From assembly GCF_003336245.1 (NCBI RefSeq), contig NZ_QPHM01000001.1, forward strand, positions 1,964,113 through 1,988,112: a stretch of 24,000 bases of DNA, read 5' to 3'. Numbering within the stretch: the stretch's first letter is position 1; each line of letters opens with the position of its first letter. A program made the translations under genes and the position numbers. Positions 14,547 to 22,798 of the stretch are shown one piece after another. This DNA is from Haloplanus salinus. Its GTDB lineage: Archaea; Halobacteriota; Halobacteria; Halobacteriales; Haloferacaceae. The notes below the pieces were generated by a model. It was not told the DNA's origin. It saw only the letters and a list, made by a program, of their open reading frames with translations, and made no database searches.

Positions 14547-15305
14547 TCAGATCCCTGTCGGATGATCGATATACGTCGTCTCGACGCCCCACTCCTCGGC
14601 GAGTCGGCCCAGCGCTCGGACGCCGAACGTCTCCGTGGCGTAGTGGCCCGCGAGGAAGACGTTCAACCCCCGGTCGCGGGCCTCGTGGTACGCCTGCTGT
14701 TTCCCTTCACCCGTCACGAGGGCGTCGAGGCCCGCCTCGGTCGCGGCTTCGATCCAGTCGACGCCGCTGCCCGTGACGATGCCTACGTCCTCGATTTCGT
14801 TCGGGCCGAAATCCAGCACCTGGGTCTCGGTGTCGAGTTCCTCGTCCAGCAGGGTCGCAACGCCGTCCACGTCGTACGCGTCCGCCGCCGTCCCACGCGT
14901 GCCGACGTACTCGGGACCGTACTCCCCGAACGGTTCCCGGTCCTCCAGCCCCAACACGTCCGCAAGGCCGGCGGCGTTACCGAGTTCTTGATGCCCGTCG
15001 AGGGGGAGATGCGAGACGTAGAGCGCCACGTCGTGTTCGACGAGGGGCTCGATCCGGTCGTAGTGGAGGCCGGTGAGACGGTCGAACCCACCCCACGCGA
15101 GGCCGTGATGGACGAGGAGGCAGTCGGCGCCGCGCTCGACCGCGTCCGTAATCGTCGCGTCCGCGGCGTCGACGGCGAGGGCGACGCGTTCGACGGTGCC
15201 TTCCGCACGGCCGACCTGTAGCCCGTTCGCGCTCGCGTCCACGTCCGCGTAGTCGTCGGTTCGGAGTCGGTCGTCCAGCCGGGAGACGAACGTCTGTCGG
15301 CGCAT
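14547..15305 (-). CDS. NIF3-family dinuclear-metal-centre protein (GTP cyclohydrolase 1 type 2 homologue)
   Basis: ANGLQVG ... VERVALAVDA ... GADCLLVHHGLAWGG ... ALYVSHLPLDGH ... NVFLAGHYATETFG is the NIF3/YbgI motif series. ATG 15303-15305 lies 28 nt downstream of a TATAAC box. The track start at 15314 is a GTG. Confidence 0.9.
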   Translation of the reverse strand: MRRQTFVSRLDDRLRTDDYADVDASANGLQVGRAEGTVERVALAVDAADATITDAVERGADCLLVHHGLAWGGFDRLTGLHYDRIEPLVEHDVALYVSHLPLDGHQELGNAAGLADVLGLEDREPFGEYGPEYVGTRGTAADAYDVDGVATLLDEELDTETQVLDFGPNEIEDVGIVTGSGVDWIEAATEAGLDALVTGEGKQQAYHEARDRGLNVFLAGHYATETFGVRALGRLAEEWGVETTYIDHPTGI

Positions 15306-15330
15306 ACCGGCCACTCGGCCGGCGGTGGGG

Positions 15331-15336
15331 TATAAC
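15331..15336 (-). promoter_or_regulatory. TATA box (minus strand GTTATA) for the NIF3 gene, abutting the agmatinase stop codon
   Basis: GGGGTATAACC is centred 28 nt upstream of ATG 15305. The agmatinase stop codon is at 15337-15339. Confidence 0.5.
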
Positions 15337-16179
15337 CTACGCTCGGTCCGCGTGGGCGAACACGAACGCCCGTAGGAGGTGCCCCGCGAGCGTCGCCGCC
15401 TGCCCGTCGTCGCGGTCGTTCACCTCGACGGCGTCGAAGCCGTCGGCGTGGGGGGCAACCGCCCGGACCACGGCCTCCATCTCCCGGGCCGACAGGCCGC
15501 CGGGCTCCATCGTCCCCGTCCCCGGCGCGACGCCCGGGTCGGCGGCGTCGACGTCGACGCTCAGATACGTCGTCGTGGCCGCGAGGTCGCCGACGACTGC
15601 CTCGGCGGCGTCGACGACGGCCGCCGCGCCGCGGTCGGCTACCGTCTCGGGGTCGACCACGGCCACGTCGTCCTCGGCCGCCCGCTCCCACTCGGCCTCG
15701 CTTCCGGCACGGGCGCCGACGATCACGGCCCCCTCGGCGGCGTCGAGCGCCCGGTGTGTCACGCAGGCGTGGCTCCACGGGTCGTCGTCGAACGCCGGTC
15801 GGAGGTCGAGATGGGCGTCGAGGCAGACGAACAGGTCGGGATCGACCGCGCGGACGCCCGCGACGCTGACGGTGTGTTCGCCGCCGAGGAGGAGCGGCGT
15901 GGCACCGTCCTCGTACACGTCACGGAGGGTCCCGGCGAGGTAGTCGACGTACTCGGCGGCGTCGGTCCAGGCGTGGACGTCGCCGGCGTCGTCGACGGCG
16001 AGTTCGGAGAAGTGACGGCCGGTTCGGCGGTCGTAATCCTCGAACGAGCCGGCGAACCGCCGGATGCGGTCGGGACCGAACCGAGCGCCGGGCTGAAAAG
16101 TGGTGGAGATATCGAGCGGTGCGCCGACGACGACGTACGCCGCGTCCTCGCGGTCGGCGGACGCACCGGGAAACGTCAT
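15337..16179 (-). CDS. speB: agmatinase (ureohydrolase family)
   Basis: Mn-ligand motifs LLLGGEHTVS, CLDAHLDLR and LSVDVDAADPGVAPGTGTMEPGG. It lies 76 bp downstream of aIF5A with no TATA-like element in between, so it is likely co-transcribed. Confidence 0.92.
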   Translation of the reverse strand: MTFPGASADREDAAYVVVGAPLDISTTFQPGARFGPDRIRRFAGSFEDYDRRTGRHFSELAVDDAGDVHAWTDAAEYVDYLAGTLRDVYEDGATPLLLGGEHTVSVAGVRAVDPDLFVCLDAHLDLRPAFDDDPWSHACVTHRALDAAEGAVIVGARAGSEAEWERAAEDDVAVVDPETVADRGAAAVVDAAEAVVGDLAATTTYLSVDVDAADPGVAPGTGTMEPGGLSAREMEAVVRAVAPHADGFDAVEVNDRDDGQAATLAGHLLRAFVFAHADRA

Positions 16180-16255
16180 GTGGGTGGGGAAGGTCGTGCC
16201 CCGACGGATCGCCGGCGCGCGGGCGCGATCAGTCGGTGGCGACGCTGAACGGCCA

Positions 16256-16633
16256 TTACCCGACGATCTTTCGCTGGCCCTCGTACTCCAGATACTCGAT
16301 TTCGTCGTCGGGCGACAGCGACTCTCCCTCGGGGATGCGCATGGTGAACGTCTCGTAGGTGTCGAGGTCCATGATCTGGGCGTCGTCGCCGGAGACGGAG
16401 ACGACCTGTCCGCCCTTGCGCTCGACGATGGGGACCCACACCTTCGCGTCGACCGGCTGGCTGAGCGAACGCTTCTTGGCGTCGAAGACCCCCTTGCCCT
16501 CGATGCGTGCCTTCGCGCTGCCGTGTTTGCCGGGTTTGGCCGTGCTGTACGCGTTGATCTTGCAGGGGGAGTCGTCCATCATGACGTAGCTCCCCTCCTG
16601 CAGTTCCCGCACCTGCTTTTGCTCTCGCGCCAT
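16256..16633 (-). CDS. eif5a: translation initiation factor 5A (aIF5A)
   Basis: The hypusine loop [15 protein letters not shown] has the modified Lys at codon 36 (AAA, 16526-16528). C-terminal OB domain. 125 aa. Confidence 0.97.
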   Translation of the reverse strand: MAREQKQVRELQEGSYVMMDDSPCKINAYSTAKPGKHGSAKARIEGKGVFDAKKRSLSQPVDAKVWVPIVERKGGQVVSVSGDDAQIMDLDTYETFTMRIPEGESLSPDDEIEYLEYEGQRKIVG

Positions 16634-16657
16634 ACGGATCGATAACGGAAGGTGGGG

Positions 16658-16663
16658 TATAAA
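16658..16663 (-). promoter_or_regulatory. consensus TATA box (minus strand TTTATA) for aIF5A, leaderless geometry
   Basis: GGGGTATAAACGG is centred about 27 nt upstream of ATG 16633. Confidence 0.6.
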
Positions 16664-16687
16664 CGGTTTGGAACGGCGCTCGCCCGG

Positions 16688-18364
16688 CTATTCCTCGCCA
16701 CGCCGCCGCCGCATCTCCTGTCTGGTGAACTGCGGGCGCGCCTGGACGCCCCCTTTGTCCCGAAGCGACCGATACAGCAGGACGCCGACGGGGAGGGTGA
16801 TCGCGCCGGCGACGGCCGCCGCCTCCGGCGCCTCGTTGAACGAGTAGAGGATGGCCGTCGAGAGCAGGCCGACGGCGAGGAGGATGCTGTACGCGATGCG
16901 CTTTGCCAACTGATCCAGTACGTCGTGTTGGTCGCCGAGTTTCACCTCGACGGTCAGGTCGTCGCGTTTGACCCGATCCAACACGTCGTCGAGTTTCGGG
17001 GGGACCGTCACCAGCGACCGCGCCGTCCGCTCCAACTGATCGCCCGCGGCCTCGGCGGCCTGTTTGATCCCTTGTTCGCGGTAGCCCTGTTCGGTGAGGT
17101 AGTCCGTGGCGACGCTGATGAAGTCGAAGTCGGGATCGAGGGTCACACACACCCCCTCGACGACCGTCGCCACCCGCACGATGAGCGCGAAGTTCCGCGG
17201 CAGCCGAAGCGGAAACTCGTAGATGGTGTCCTCGACCTGCTGGATGACCTGCTGGACGCGATACTGTTCGAGGTCCTCACCCCGCACGTCCGCGATAGCG
17301 AGTTCCATCACGTTGCCCATCACCTCGCGGTCGGCGGTGGGGCTGAGCGTCCCCATCTCGACCATCGCGTCGAGGATGCCGTCGATGTTCTGATTCGCCA
17401 CGGCGATGTAGAATTCGACGATCTTGTCCTGAAAGAAGGCGTCGACGCGCCCGCTCATGCCGAAGTCGTAGAAGATGAGCGACCCGTCGTCCATGACCGA
17501 GAGGTTGCCGGGGTGTGGGTCGGCGTGAAAGACGCCGTCCTCGATGATCATCTGGAGATAGATGCGCTGGAGGCTCTCAGCCAACTCGCTGCGGTCGATA
17601 CCCCGTTCGTCCAGGGCGTCGACGTCGTTGATTTTCACGCCGCTGAGATACTCCATCGTCAACACCCGCGAGTCGGAGAGGTCGTCCACCGCCTCGGGGA
17701 TGCGGATGCGCTCGTTGTCGGCGAAGTTCTCCCTGATCTCGCCGAGCATCCGGCGCTCGCGCGCGTAGTCCATCTCCTGTCGGATCGTCGTGTCGAACTC
17801 CTCGGCGACGTTCTCGACCGAGAAGCGCCGCGCCTCGTCGATGAACCGGAGGAGGATGGGTAGGAGCCATTTGAGCGCCCGGAGGTCGGCCTCGACGAGG
17901 GCCTCGACGCCCGGCCGGCGGACCTTGACCGCCACGTCCTCGCCCTGGTAAGTGGCACGGTACACCTGGCCGAGGCTGGCGCCGCTGATGGCCTCGCGGT
18001 CGAACTCGTCGAACACGTCGTCGACCGGGCCGACTTCGGCCTCGAGGACCGGCTTCGTCTCCTCCCACGGCGCCGGCGGCACGTCGTCTTGAAGGCTGCT
18101 CAACACGTCGATGTACGCGGGCGGCAGGACGTCCGGCCGGGTCGACAGCAGTTGCCCGAGTTTGATGAACGTCGGCCCGAGGGTGAGCAGCGAGGTGAGC
18201 AGGCGGTCCGCTCGCTTCCGCTGTCGCTCGGGGGAGACGCCCCGTCGCCCGCCGAAGAGGAGGTATCGTCGACGGTCGCGGGCGTAGGTGACGATGAGGG
18301 GCAGAAACTGGTGTAGGACACGGACGAACCGCCAGTAGGCACGGAGATTGACCAGCGTGACCAC
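16688..18364 (-). CDS. ABC1/UbiB-family atypical kinase with C-terminal TM helices
   Basis: LGPTFIKLGQLLSTRPDVLPPAYIDVLSSLQDDVPP (ABC1 signature). Kinase-like VAVKVRRPG, HADPHPGNL and FYDFGMSG. Two hydrophobic helices near the C-terminus. The start is 6 nt after the hsp20 stop. Confidence 0.9.
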   Translation of the reverse strand: MVTLVNLRAYWRFVRVLHQFLPLIVTYARDRRRYLLFGGRRGVSPERQRKRADRLLTSLLTLGPTFIKLGQLLSTRPDVLPPAYIDVLSSLQDDVPPAPWEETKPVLEAEVGPVDDVFDEFDREAISGASLGQVYRATYQGEDVAVKVRRPGVEALVEADLRALKWLLPILLRFIDEARRFSVENVAEEFDTTIRQEMDYARERRMLGEIRENFADNERIRIPEAVDDLSDSRVLTMEYLSGVKINDVDALDERGIDRSELAESLQRIYLQMIIEDGVFHADPHPGNLSVMDDGSLIFYDFGMSGRVDAFFQDKIVEFYIAVANQNIDGILDAMVEMGTLSPTADREVMGNVMELAIADVRGEDLEQYRVQQVIQQVEDTIYEFPLRLPRNFALIVRVATVVEGVCVTLDPDFDFISVATDYLTEQGYREQGIKQAAEAAGDQLERTARSLVTVPPKLDDVLDRVKRDDLTVEVKLGDQHDVLDQLAKRIAYSILLAVGLLSTAILYSFNEAPEAAAVAGAITLPVGVLLYRSLRDKGGVQARPQFTRQEMRRRRGEE

Positions 18365-18370
18365 CCGGGC

Positions 18371-18727
18371 TTACGCGTCCTCGATCGGGACGGATTGCTC
18401 CGGCGCGGCCTCGTACTTGGGGAGTCGGAGTTCGAGGACCCCCCGCTCCATCGACCCCTCAGCACCCGCCCCCGTCGCGTCCGGCGGCAGGGGGAGTTCG
18501 GCGTCGAGAAAGAGCGGCCGGTCCTCGCGGACGTATTCGAACGACCCGGGGAGCGCCTTCTCGCGGCGCGCCTCGATCAGGAGGCGACCCTTCTCGACCC
18601 GAACGTCGACCGTCTCGGCAGTCGCGCCGGGCAGGTCGATCACCAACAGATACGCGTCGTCGCTCTCGAGTAGGTCGGCGAACACCGCTTCGGGGAGGTC
18701 CCGAAGTGCATCCCGCAGTGCAGACAT
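18371..18727 (-). CDS. Hsp20/alpha-crystallin family small heat-shock protein
   Basis: The alpha-crystallin core is DAYLLVIDLPGATAETVDVRVEKGRLLIEARRE ... GVLELRLPK. 118 aa. A T-run TATA-like element lies 28 nt upstream of ATG 18727. Confidence 0.85.
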   Translation of the reverse strand: MSALRDALRDLPEAVFADLLESDDAYLLVIDLPGATAETVDVRVEKGRLLIEARREKALPGSFEYVREDRPLFLDAELPLPPDATGAGAEGSMERGVLELRLPKYEAAPEQSVPIEDA

Positions 18728-18752
18728 GCCCTCAGCTAAGGAACGGGGATCG

Positions 18753-18757
18753 AAAAA
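18753..18757 (-). promoter_or_regulatory. TATA-like T-run (minus strand CCTTTTTCG) for the hsp20-ABC1 operon
   Basis: Centred 28 nt upstream of ATG 18727, in the 90-bp divergent region shared with moeA. Confidence 0.4.
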
Positions 18758-18787
18758 GGCCGCGGTGTCGGTGGCCGGCCGCGCCGA

Positions 18788-18797
18788 CTATTTGTAT
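18788..18797 (+). promoter_or_regulatory. TATA-like element (CTATTTGTAT) for moeA, leaderless geometry
   Basis: Centred about 26 nt upstream of ATG 18818. Confidence 0.5.
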
Positions 18798-18817
18798 CCC
18801 CGAACGCAAGGACGGAT

Positions 18818-20038
18818 ATGAGTCAAGACGATCTCGAACGCGCGGGGTTCAAAGACCGCACCCGCGTCGCCGAGGCTTTGGCGACCGTCCTCGACGCCGT
18901 CACCGGCCACGACCGGACCGATCGGGTGGCGCTCGGCCGCGCCGACGGCCGCGTCCTCGCCGAGACGGTGACCGCACCCACCCCCGTCCCGGGGTACGAC
19001 CGCGCCGCCATGGACGGCTACGCCGTCCGCGCCGAGGACACCTTCGGCGCCTCCGGGCGCTCGCCGGCCGTCCTCCGCGAGGGCACGGACGCCGTCGCCC
19101 CCGGCGAGGCCGTCCGCGTCCACACCGGAAGCGACCTGCCCGACGGCGCCGACGCCGTCGTCATGATCGAGGAGACGGAGGCGGTCGGCCCGGAGGTCGA
19201 GGTGTTCGACGCCGTCGCGGAGGGCGAGAACGTCGGCGACGTCGGCGAGGACGTGGCCGAGGGCGAGAAACTGTACGAACCGGGTCACCGCATCCGCCCC
19301 TCCGACCTCGGCCTGCTGAAGTCCGTCGGCGTCGATCAGGCCACCGTCTACGAACCGCCGACGGTCGGCGTCGTCCCGACCGGCGAGGAACTCGTCCAGC
19401 ACGACCCGGGACCGGGCGAGGTGATCGAGACAAACGGGCTCACCGTCTCCCGACTCGCGGGCCGGTGGGGGGCCGTTCCCACGTACCGGAACGTCGTCGA
19501 CGACGACCCCAACGCCATCCGCGCCGCCATCCAGCGGGACTTGGCGAAAGACGTCGTCGTCACCACCGGCGGCTCCTCGGTCGGCGAACGCGACTACACG
19601 CCCGAAGTCGTCGACGAGTTGGGCGAGGTGCTCGTCCACGGCGTCGCCCTCAAGCCCGGTCACCCCGTCGCGCTCGGCGTCGTCGAGGGGACGCCCGTCG
19701 TGATGCTCCCCGGCTACCCCGTCGCCTGCATCGTCAACGCCGTCCAGTTCCTGCGTCCGATCCTGAAGGCCGCCGGCAACATGCCCGTGCCCGACCAGCC
19801 GACCGCCGAGGCGCGGCTGGAGCGAAAGATTTCGAGCGAGCCCGGCACGCGGACGTTCGCACGGGTCCGGCTCTCCGAGGACGGCGGCGACCGCGTCGCC
19901 GAACCCACCCGCGCCAGCGGGTCGGGCGTCCTCTCCAGCGTCGCCCTCGCGGACGGCTGGGTCGTCGTCCCCGAGGAACGGGAGGGGTACGACGCCGGCG
20001 AGACCGTCCCCGTCGAGAACTGGGAGTGGTCGGCGTGA
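18818..20038 (+). CDS. moeA: molybdopterin molybdenumtransferase MoeA
   Basis: VPGYDRAAMDGYAVRAEDT, DAVVMIEET, VVVTTGGSSVGERDY and ALKPGHPV are typical MoeA domain I-IV motifs. 406 aa. Confidence 0.93.
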   Translation: MSQDDLERAGFKDRTRVAEALATVLDAVTGHDRTDRVALGRADGRVLAETVTAPTPVPGYDRAAMDGYAVRAEDTFGASGRSPAVLREGTDAVAPGEAVRVHTGSDLPDGADAVVMIEETEAVGPEVEVFDAVAEGENVGDVGEDVAEGEKLYEPGHRIRPSDLGLLKSVGVDQATVYEPPTVGVVPTGEELVQHDPGPGEVIETNGLTVSRLAGRWGAVPTYRNVVDDDPNAIRAAIQRDLAKDVVVTTGGSSVGERDYTPEVVDELGEVLVHGVALKPGHPVALGVVEGTPVVMLPGYPVACIVNAVQFLRPILKAAGNMPVPDQPTAEARLERKISSEPGTRTFARVRLSEDGGDRVAEPTRASGSGVLSSVALADGWVVVPEEREGYDAGETVPVENWEWSA

Positions 20039-20117
20039 GCGGCCTCGGACAGACGGTGGCGCTCGGACGAGACGCTCGCCTCGCTCGCGTCTCGCCTCGC
20101 GCCCTGCGACTCCCAGC

Positions 20118-20150
20118 GTCCGTCATCGGAGGCGGCCTCCGATGACGGAC
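20118..20150 (+). promoter_or_regulatory. perfect 15-bp inverted repeat (3-nt loop) enclosing the GGAGG motif and the ATG of the second moeA
   Basis: GTCCGTCATCGGAGG cgg CCTCCGATGACGGAC. All 15 positions pair. GGAGG is at 20128-20132 and ATG at 20142-20144. Confidence 0.6.
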
Positions 20151-22028
20151 CGCAAGCAGTTCCGCGACCTCCGCCCGCCCGCGGAGGCCCGGGAAGCGAT
20201 CGCGAGCCTCGACCTCGACCCCGATCCGGAGACCGTCCCCCTCGACGAGGCACGGGGGCGCGTCCTCGCCGAGCGGATCGACGCCGAACTCGACGTGCCC
20301 GGCTTCGGCCGGGCGAGCGTCGACGGCTACGCCGTCCGCGCCCGCGACACCTTCGGCGCCGACGAGGCCGATCCCGCCGTCCTCGATCAGGTCGGCACCG
20401 TCCACGCCGGCACCGAACCGGACGTCGAGGTGCGTGAGGGCACCTGTGCCGAAATCTCGACCGGCGCCGTGATGCCCGACGGCGCCGACGCCGTAGTGAT
20501 GGTAGAGCGGACCGACGAGCACACGGACGGTATCGCGATCCGCACCTCGGTCGCCCCCGGCGACCGCGTGATGGTCGCGGGCACGGACGTGGCCGCCGGC
20601 TCCCGCGCCCTCGGCCCCGGCACCCTGCTCACGCCCCGCGAGATCGGTCTGCTCTCGGCGCTCGGCGTCGACGCGGTCCCCGTCCGCGGCAACCCCACGG
20701 TCGGCATCGTCTCCACCGGCGACGAACTCGTCCGCCCCGGCGAGGACCTACACAGCGCAGCGGGACAGATCTACGACGTGAACTCCTACACCATCGCCGC
20801 TGGCGTCGAGGAGGCCGGCGGCGAGGCGGTGCTCTACCCCCACGCCGGCGACGACTACGACGAGATGGAGCGCCTCCTCGTCGAGGCGGCCGACGACTGT
20901 GATCTCGTCCTCTCCTCCGGTTCGACCTCCGCCAGCGCCGTCGACGTGATCTATCGCGTCATCGAGGACGAGGGGGAACTCCTCCTCCACGGCGTCTCGG
21001 TCAAGCCGGGCAAGCCGATGCTGATCGGCCGCCTCGACGACTCCGCGTACGTCGGCCTCCCGGGCTACCCCGTCTCCGCGCTCACCATCTTCCGTACCTT
21101 CGTCGCGCCGGCGATCAGGTCGGCCGCCGGCCGCCCAGAGCCGCGAACCGCGACGGTCGACGGGCGGATGGCCGTCCAGGAGCGGTACAGCGAGGGCCGG
21201 ACCCGCCTGATGCCCGTCGGACTCCTCGCGGACGGCGCCGGCGACACCCTCGTCTACCCCGTCGACAAGGGCAGCGGCGCGACCACGAGCCTCGTCGAGG
21301 CCGACGGCGTCGTCGAAGTCGACGCCGACACCGAGTACCTCGCCGAGGGCGAGACGGTGACGGTACAGCTGTTCTCGCCGGACGTACGCGCCCCCTCGCT
21401 CCTCGGCGTCGGCGAGGACGACCCCACGCTCTCGCGGCTCCTCGACGCGGTCGAGAACCCCCGCTATCTCGACGTGGGGAGCCGCGAGGGTCGGCGCCGC
21501 CTGCGTAACGGCGTCCCCGACGTGGCCGTCGTTTCCGGCCCGTCGGACCGCGACGTCGACGCCGTGGACCTCGGCGGCTGGACCCGCGAGTGGGGGCTGG
21601 TCGTCCCCGCCGGCAACCCCGAGGGGATCGACGGGCTGGCCGACCTCGTCGACCGTGACCTGCGCTTCAGCAACCGCGCCCGCGACGCCGGCCTGCGCGC
21701 GAGCCTCGACGCCGCACTCGACGGACTGGCCGACGAGCGTGGAGTCGACCGCCGCGACCTGACCGACGCCGTCGAGGGGTACGACCTGACGGTCAAAGGG
21801 GTCGAGAGCCCGGCGCGAAAGGTGCTCGCGGGCGCGGCGGCCGCCGGCCTCGGCCTCCGGACGACGGCCGAGCGCCTCGACTGTGGGTTCGTTCCCCTCG
21901 GCGTCGAGTCGGTTCGCGTCCTCGCCAACCCCGACCGGACCGCAAAGCCGGGCGTCGAGGCGCTGCGAACCGTCCTCGACGCCGACCTCGACGCGGTGGC
22001 GGCGTCGCTCCCCGGCGTCGACGGCTGA
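20142..22028 (+). CDS. moeA: MoeA-domain protein fused to a C-terminal periplasmic-binding-protein-like (molybdate/tungstate-binding type) domain
   Basis: The N-terminal ~410 aa repeats the MoeA motifs (VPGFGRASVDGYAVRARDT, DAVVMVERT, LVLSSGSTSASAVD, SVKPGKPM). The C-terminal ~210 aa (LLGVGEDDPTLSRLLD ... RFSNRARDAGLRASLD ... AAGLGLRTTAERLDCGFVPLG) resembles the PBP-like domain found in archaeal MoeA fusions. Confidence 0.88.
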   Translation: MTDRKQFRDLRPPAEAREAIASLDLDPDPETVPLDEARGRVLAERIDAELDVPGFGRASVDGYAVRARDTFGADEADPAVLDQVGTVHAGTEPDVEVREGTCAEISTGAVMPDGADAVVMVERTDEHTDGIAIRTSVAPGDRVMVAGTDVAAGSRALGPGTLLTPREIGLLSALGVDAVPVRGNPTVGIVSTGDELVRPGEDLHSAAGQIYDVNSYTIAAGVEEAGGEAVLYPHAGDDYDEMERLLVEAADDCDLVLSSGSTSASAVDVIYRVIEDEGELLLHGVSVKPGKPMLIGRLDDSAYVGLPGYPVSALTIFRTFVAPAIRSAAGRPEPRTATVDGRMAVQERYSEGRTRLMPVGLLADGAGDTLVYPVDKGSGATTSLVEADGVVEVDADTEYLAEGETVTVQLFSPDVRAPSLLGVGEDDPTLSRLLDAVENPRYLDVGSREGRRRLRNGVPDVAVVSGPSDRDVDAVDLGGWTREWGLVVPAGNPEGIDGLADLVDRDLRFSNRARDAGLRASLDAALDGLADERGVDRRDLTDAVEGYDLTVKGVESPARKVLAGAAAAGLGLRTTAERLDCGFVPLGVESVRVLANPDRTAKPGVEALRTVLDADLDAVAASLPGVDG

Positions 22029-22053
22029 GCACCCGGCGAGTACACGTCAGTAG

Positions 22054-22061
22054 GTATATAC
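22054..22061 (+). promoter_or_regulatory. TATA box (GTATATAC) for the response-regulator gene, leaderless geometry
   Basis: Centred about 27 nt upstream of the GTG start codon at 22085. Confidence 0.5.
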
Positions 22062-22084
22062 TACTCCACGCCTACGTTGCGGGC

Positions 22085-22789
22085 GTGTCTTCCCAGCGTA
22101 CCGTTCTCCACGTGGACGACGATCCGGCCGTGCTCGACCTGTCGAGCGACTGGGCCGCCGCCCACGACGAGATCAACTGGCTGACGGCGTCCGATCCGGG
22201 CACCGGCATGGAGCTCCTGTCGACCCGCGACGTCGACTGCCTCGTCAGCGACTCGATCCGGGCCGCCGACGACCCCTTCGTTTCCCGCGTAGCGACTACC
22301 TTCCCCGACCTGCCGGTCGTCCTGTTTACCTCCATGGACTGCGAGGCGCTCGACCCCGCAGTCCGCGAGGCGGGGGCGGCGTACGTGACCAAGGGCTCGA
22401 CCGCCCCGTTCGACGCCCTGTTCGACCGAGTGCAGTCCCTCGCCGACGACGCCGGCACCTCGACGGCGCCGGCTGCTCCGGCCCCTCGGGCAACCACCCG
22501 CGCCGCCGGCGACGACGCCGACCCGACCGACCGGTGGATTCCGATCGGCCGCTACCGGCCGGCGGCGGGCGACGATCCGACGACGACTATCGTCACCGCC
22601 GTCGCGGAGTACACCGACCGGGACACCTCGACGCTCCCGCCGCTGTACGACGCCATCGACGCCGAGGCGCTCGCGGCGCTCCTCGGCTCGAACACGGAAC
22701 GGCGACGCGACCACGTGCAGGTCCGCTTCGTCTACGCCGACCAAGAACTCGCCGTGACCGGCGATGGGTTCGTCCTCGCGCGCCAGTAG
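22085..22789 (+). CDS. response regulator: REC receiver domain plus HalOD1 output domain
   Basis: REC features are VLHVDDD (acidic pocket), CLVSD (phospho-acceptor Asp), VVLFTS (Thr) and YVTKG (Lys). A Pro/Ala/Thr-rich linker follows. The C-terminal HalOD1-like block is TTIVTAVAEYTDRDTSTLPPLYDAIDAEALAALL...VRFVYADQELAVTGDGFVL. The start codon is GTG. Confidence 0.8.
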   Translation: MSSQRTVLHVDDDPAVLDLSSDWAAAHDEINWLTASDPGTGMELLSTRDVDCLVSDSIRAADDPFVSRVATTFPDLPVVLFTSMDCEALDPAVREAGAAYVTKGSTAPFDALFDRVQSLADDAGTSTAPAAPAPRATTRAAGDDADPTDRWIPIGRYRPAAGDDPTTTIVTAVAEYTDRDTSTLPPLYDAIDAEALAALLGSNTERRRDHVQVRFVYADQELAVTGDGFVLARQ

Positions 22790-22798
22790 CGCCCGCTA

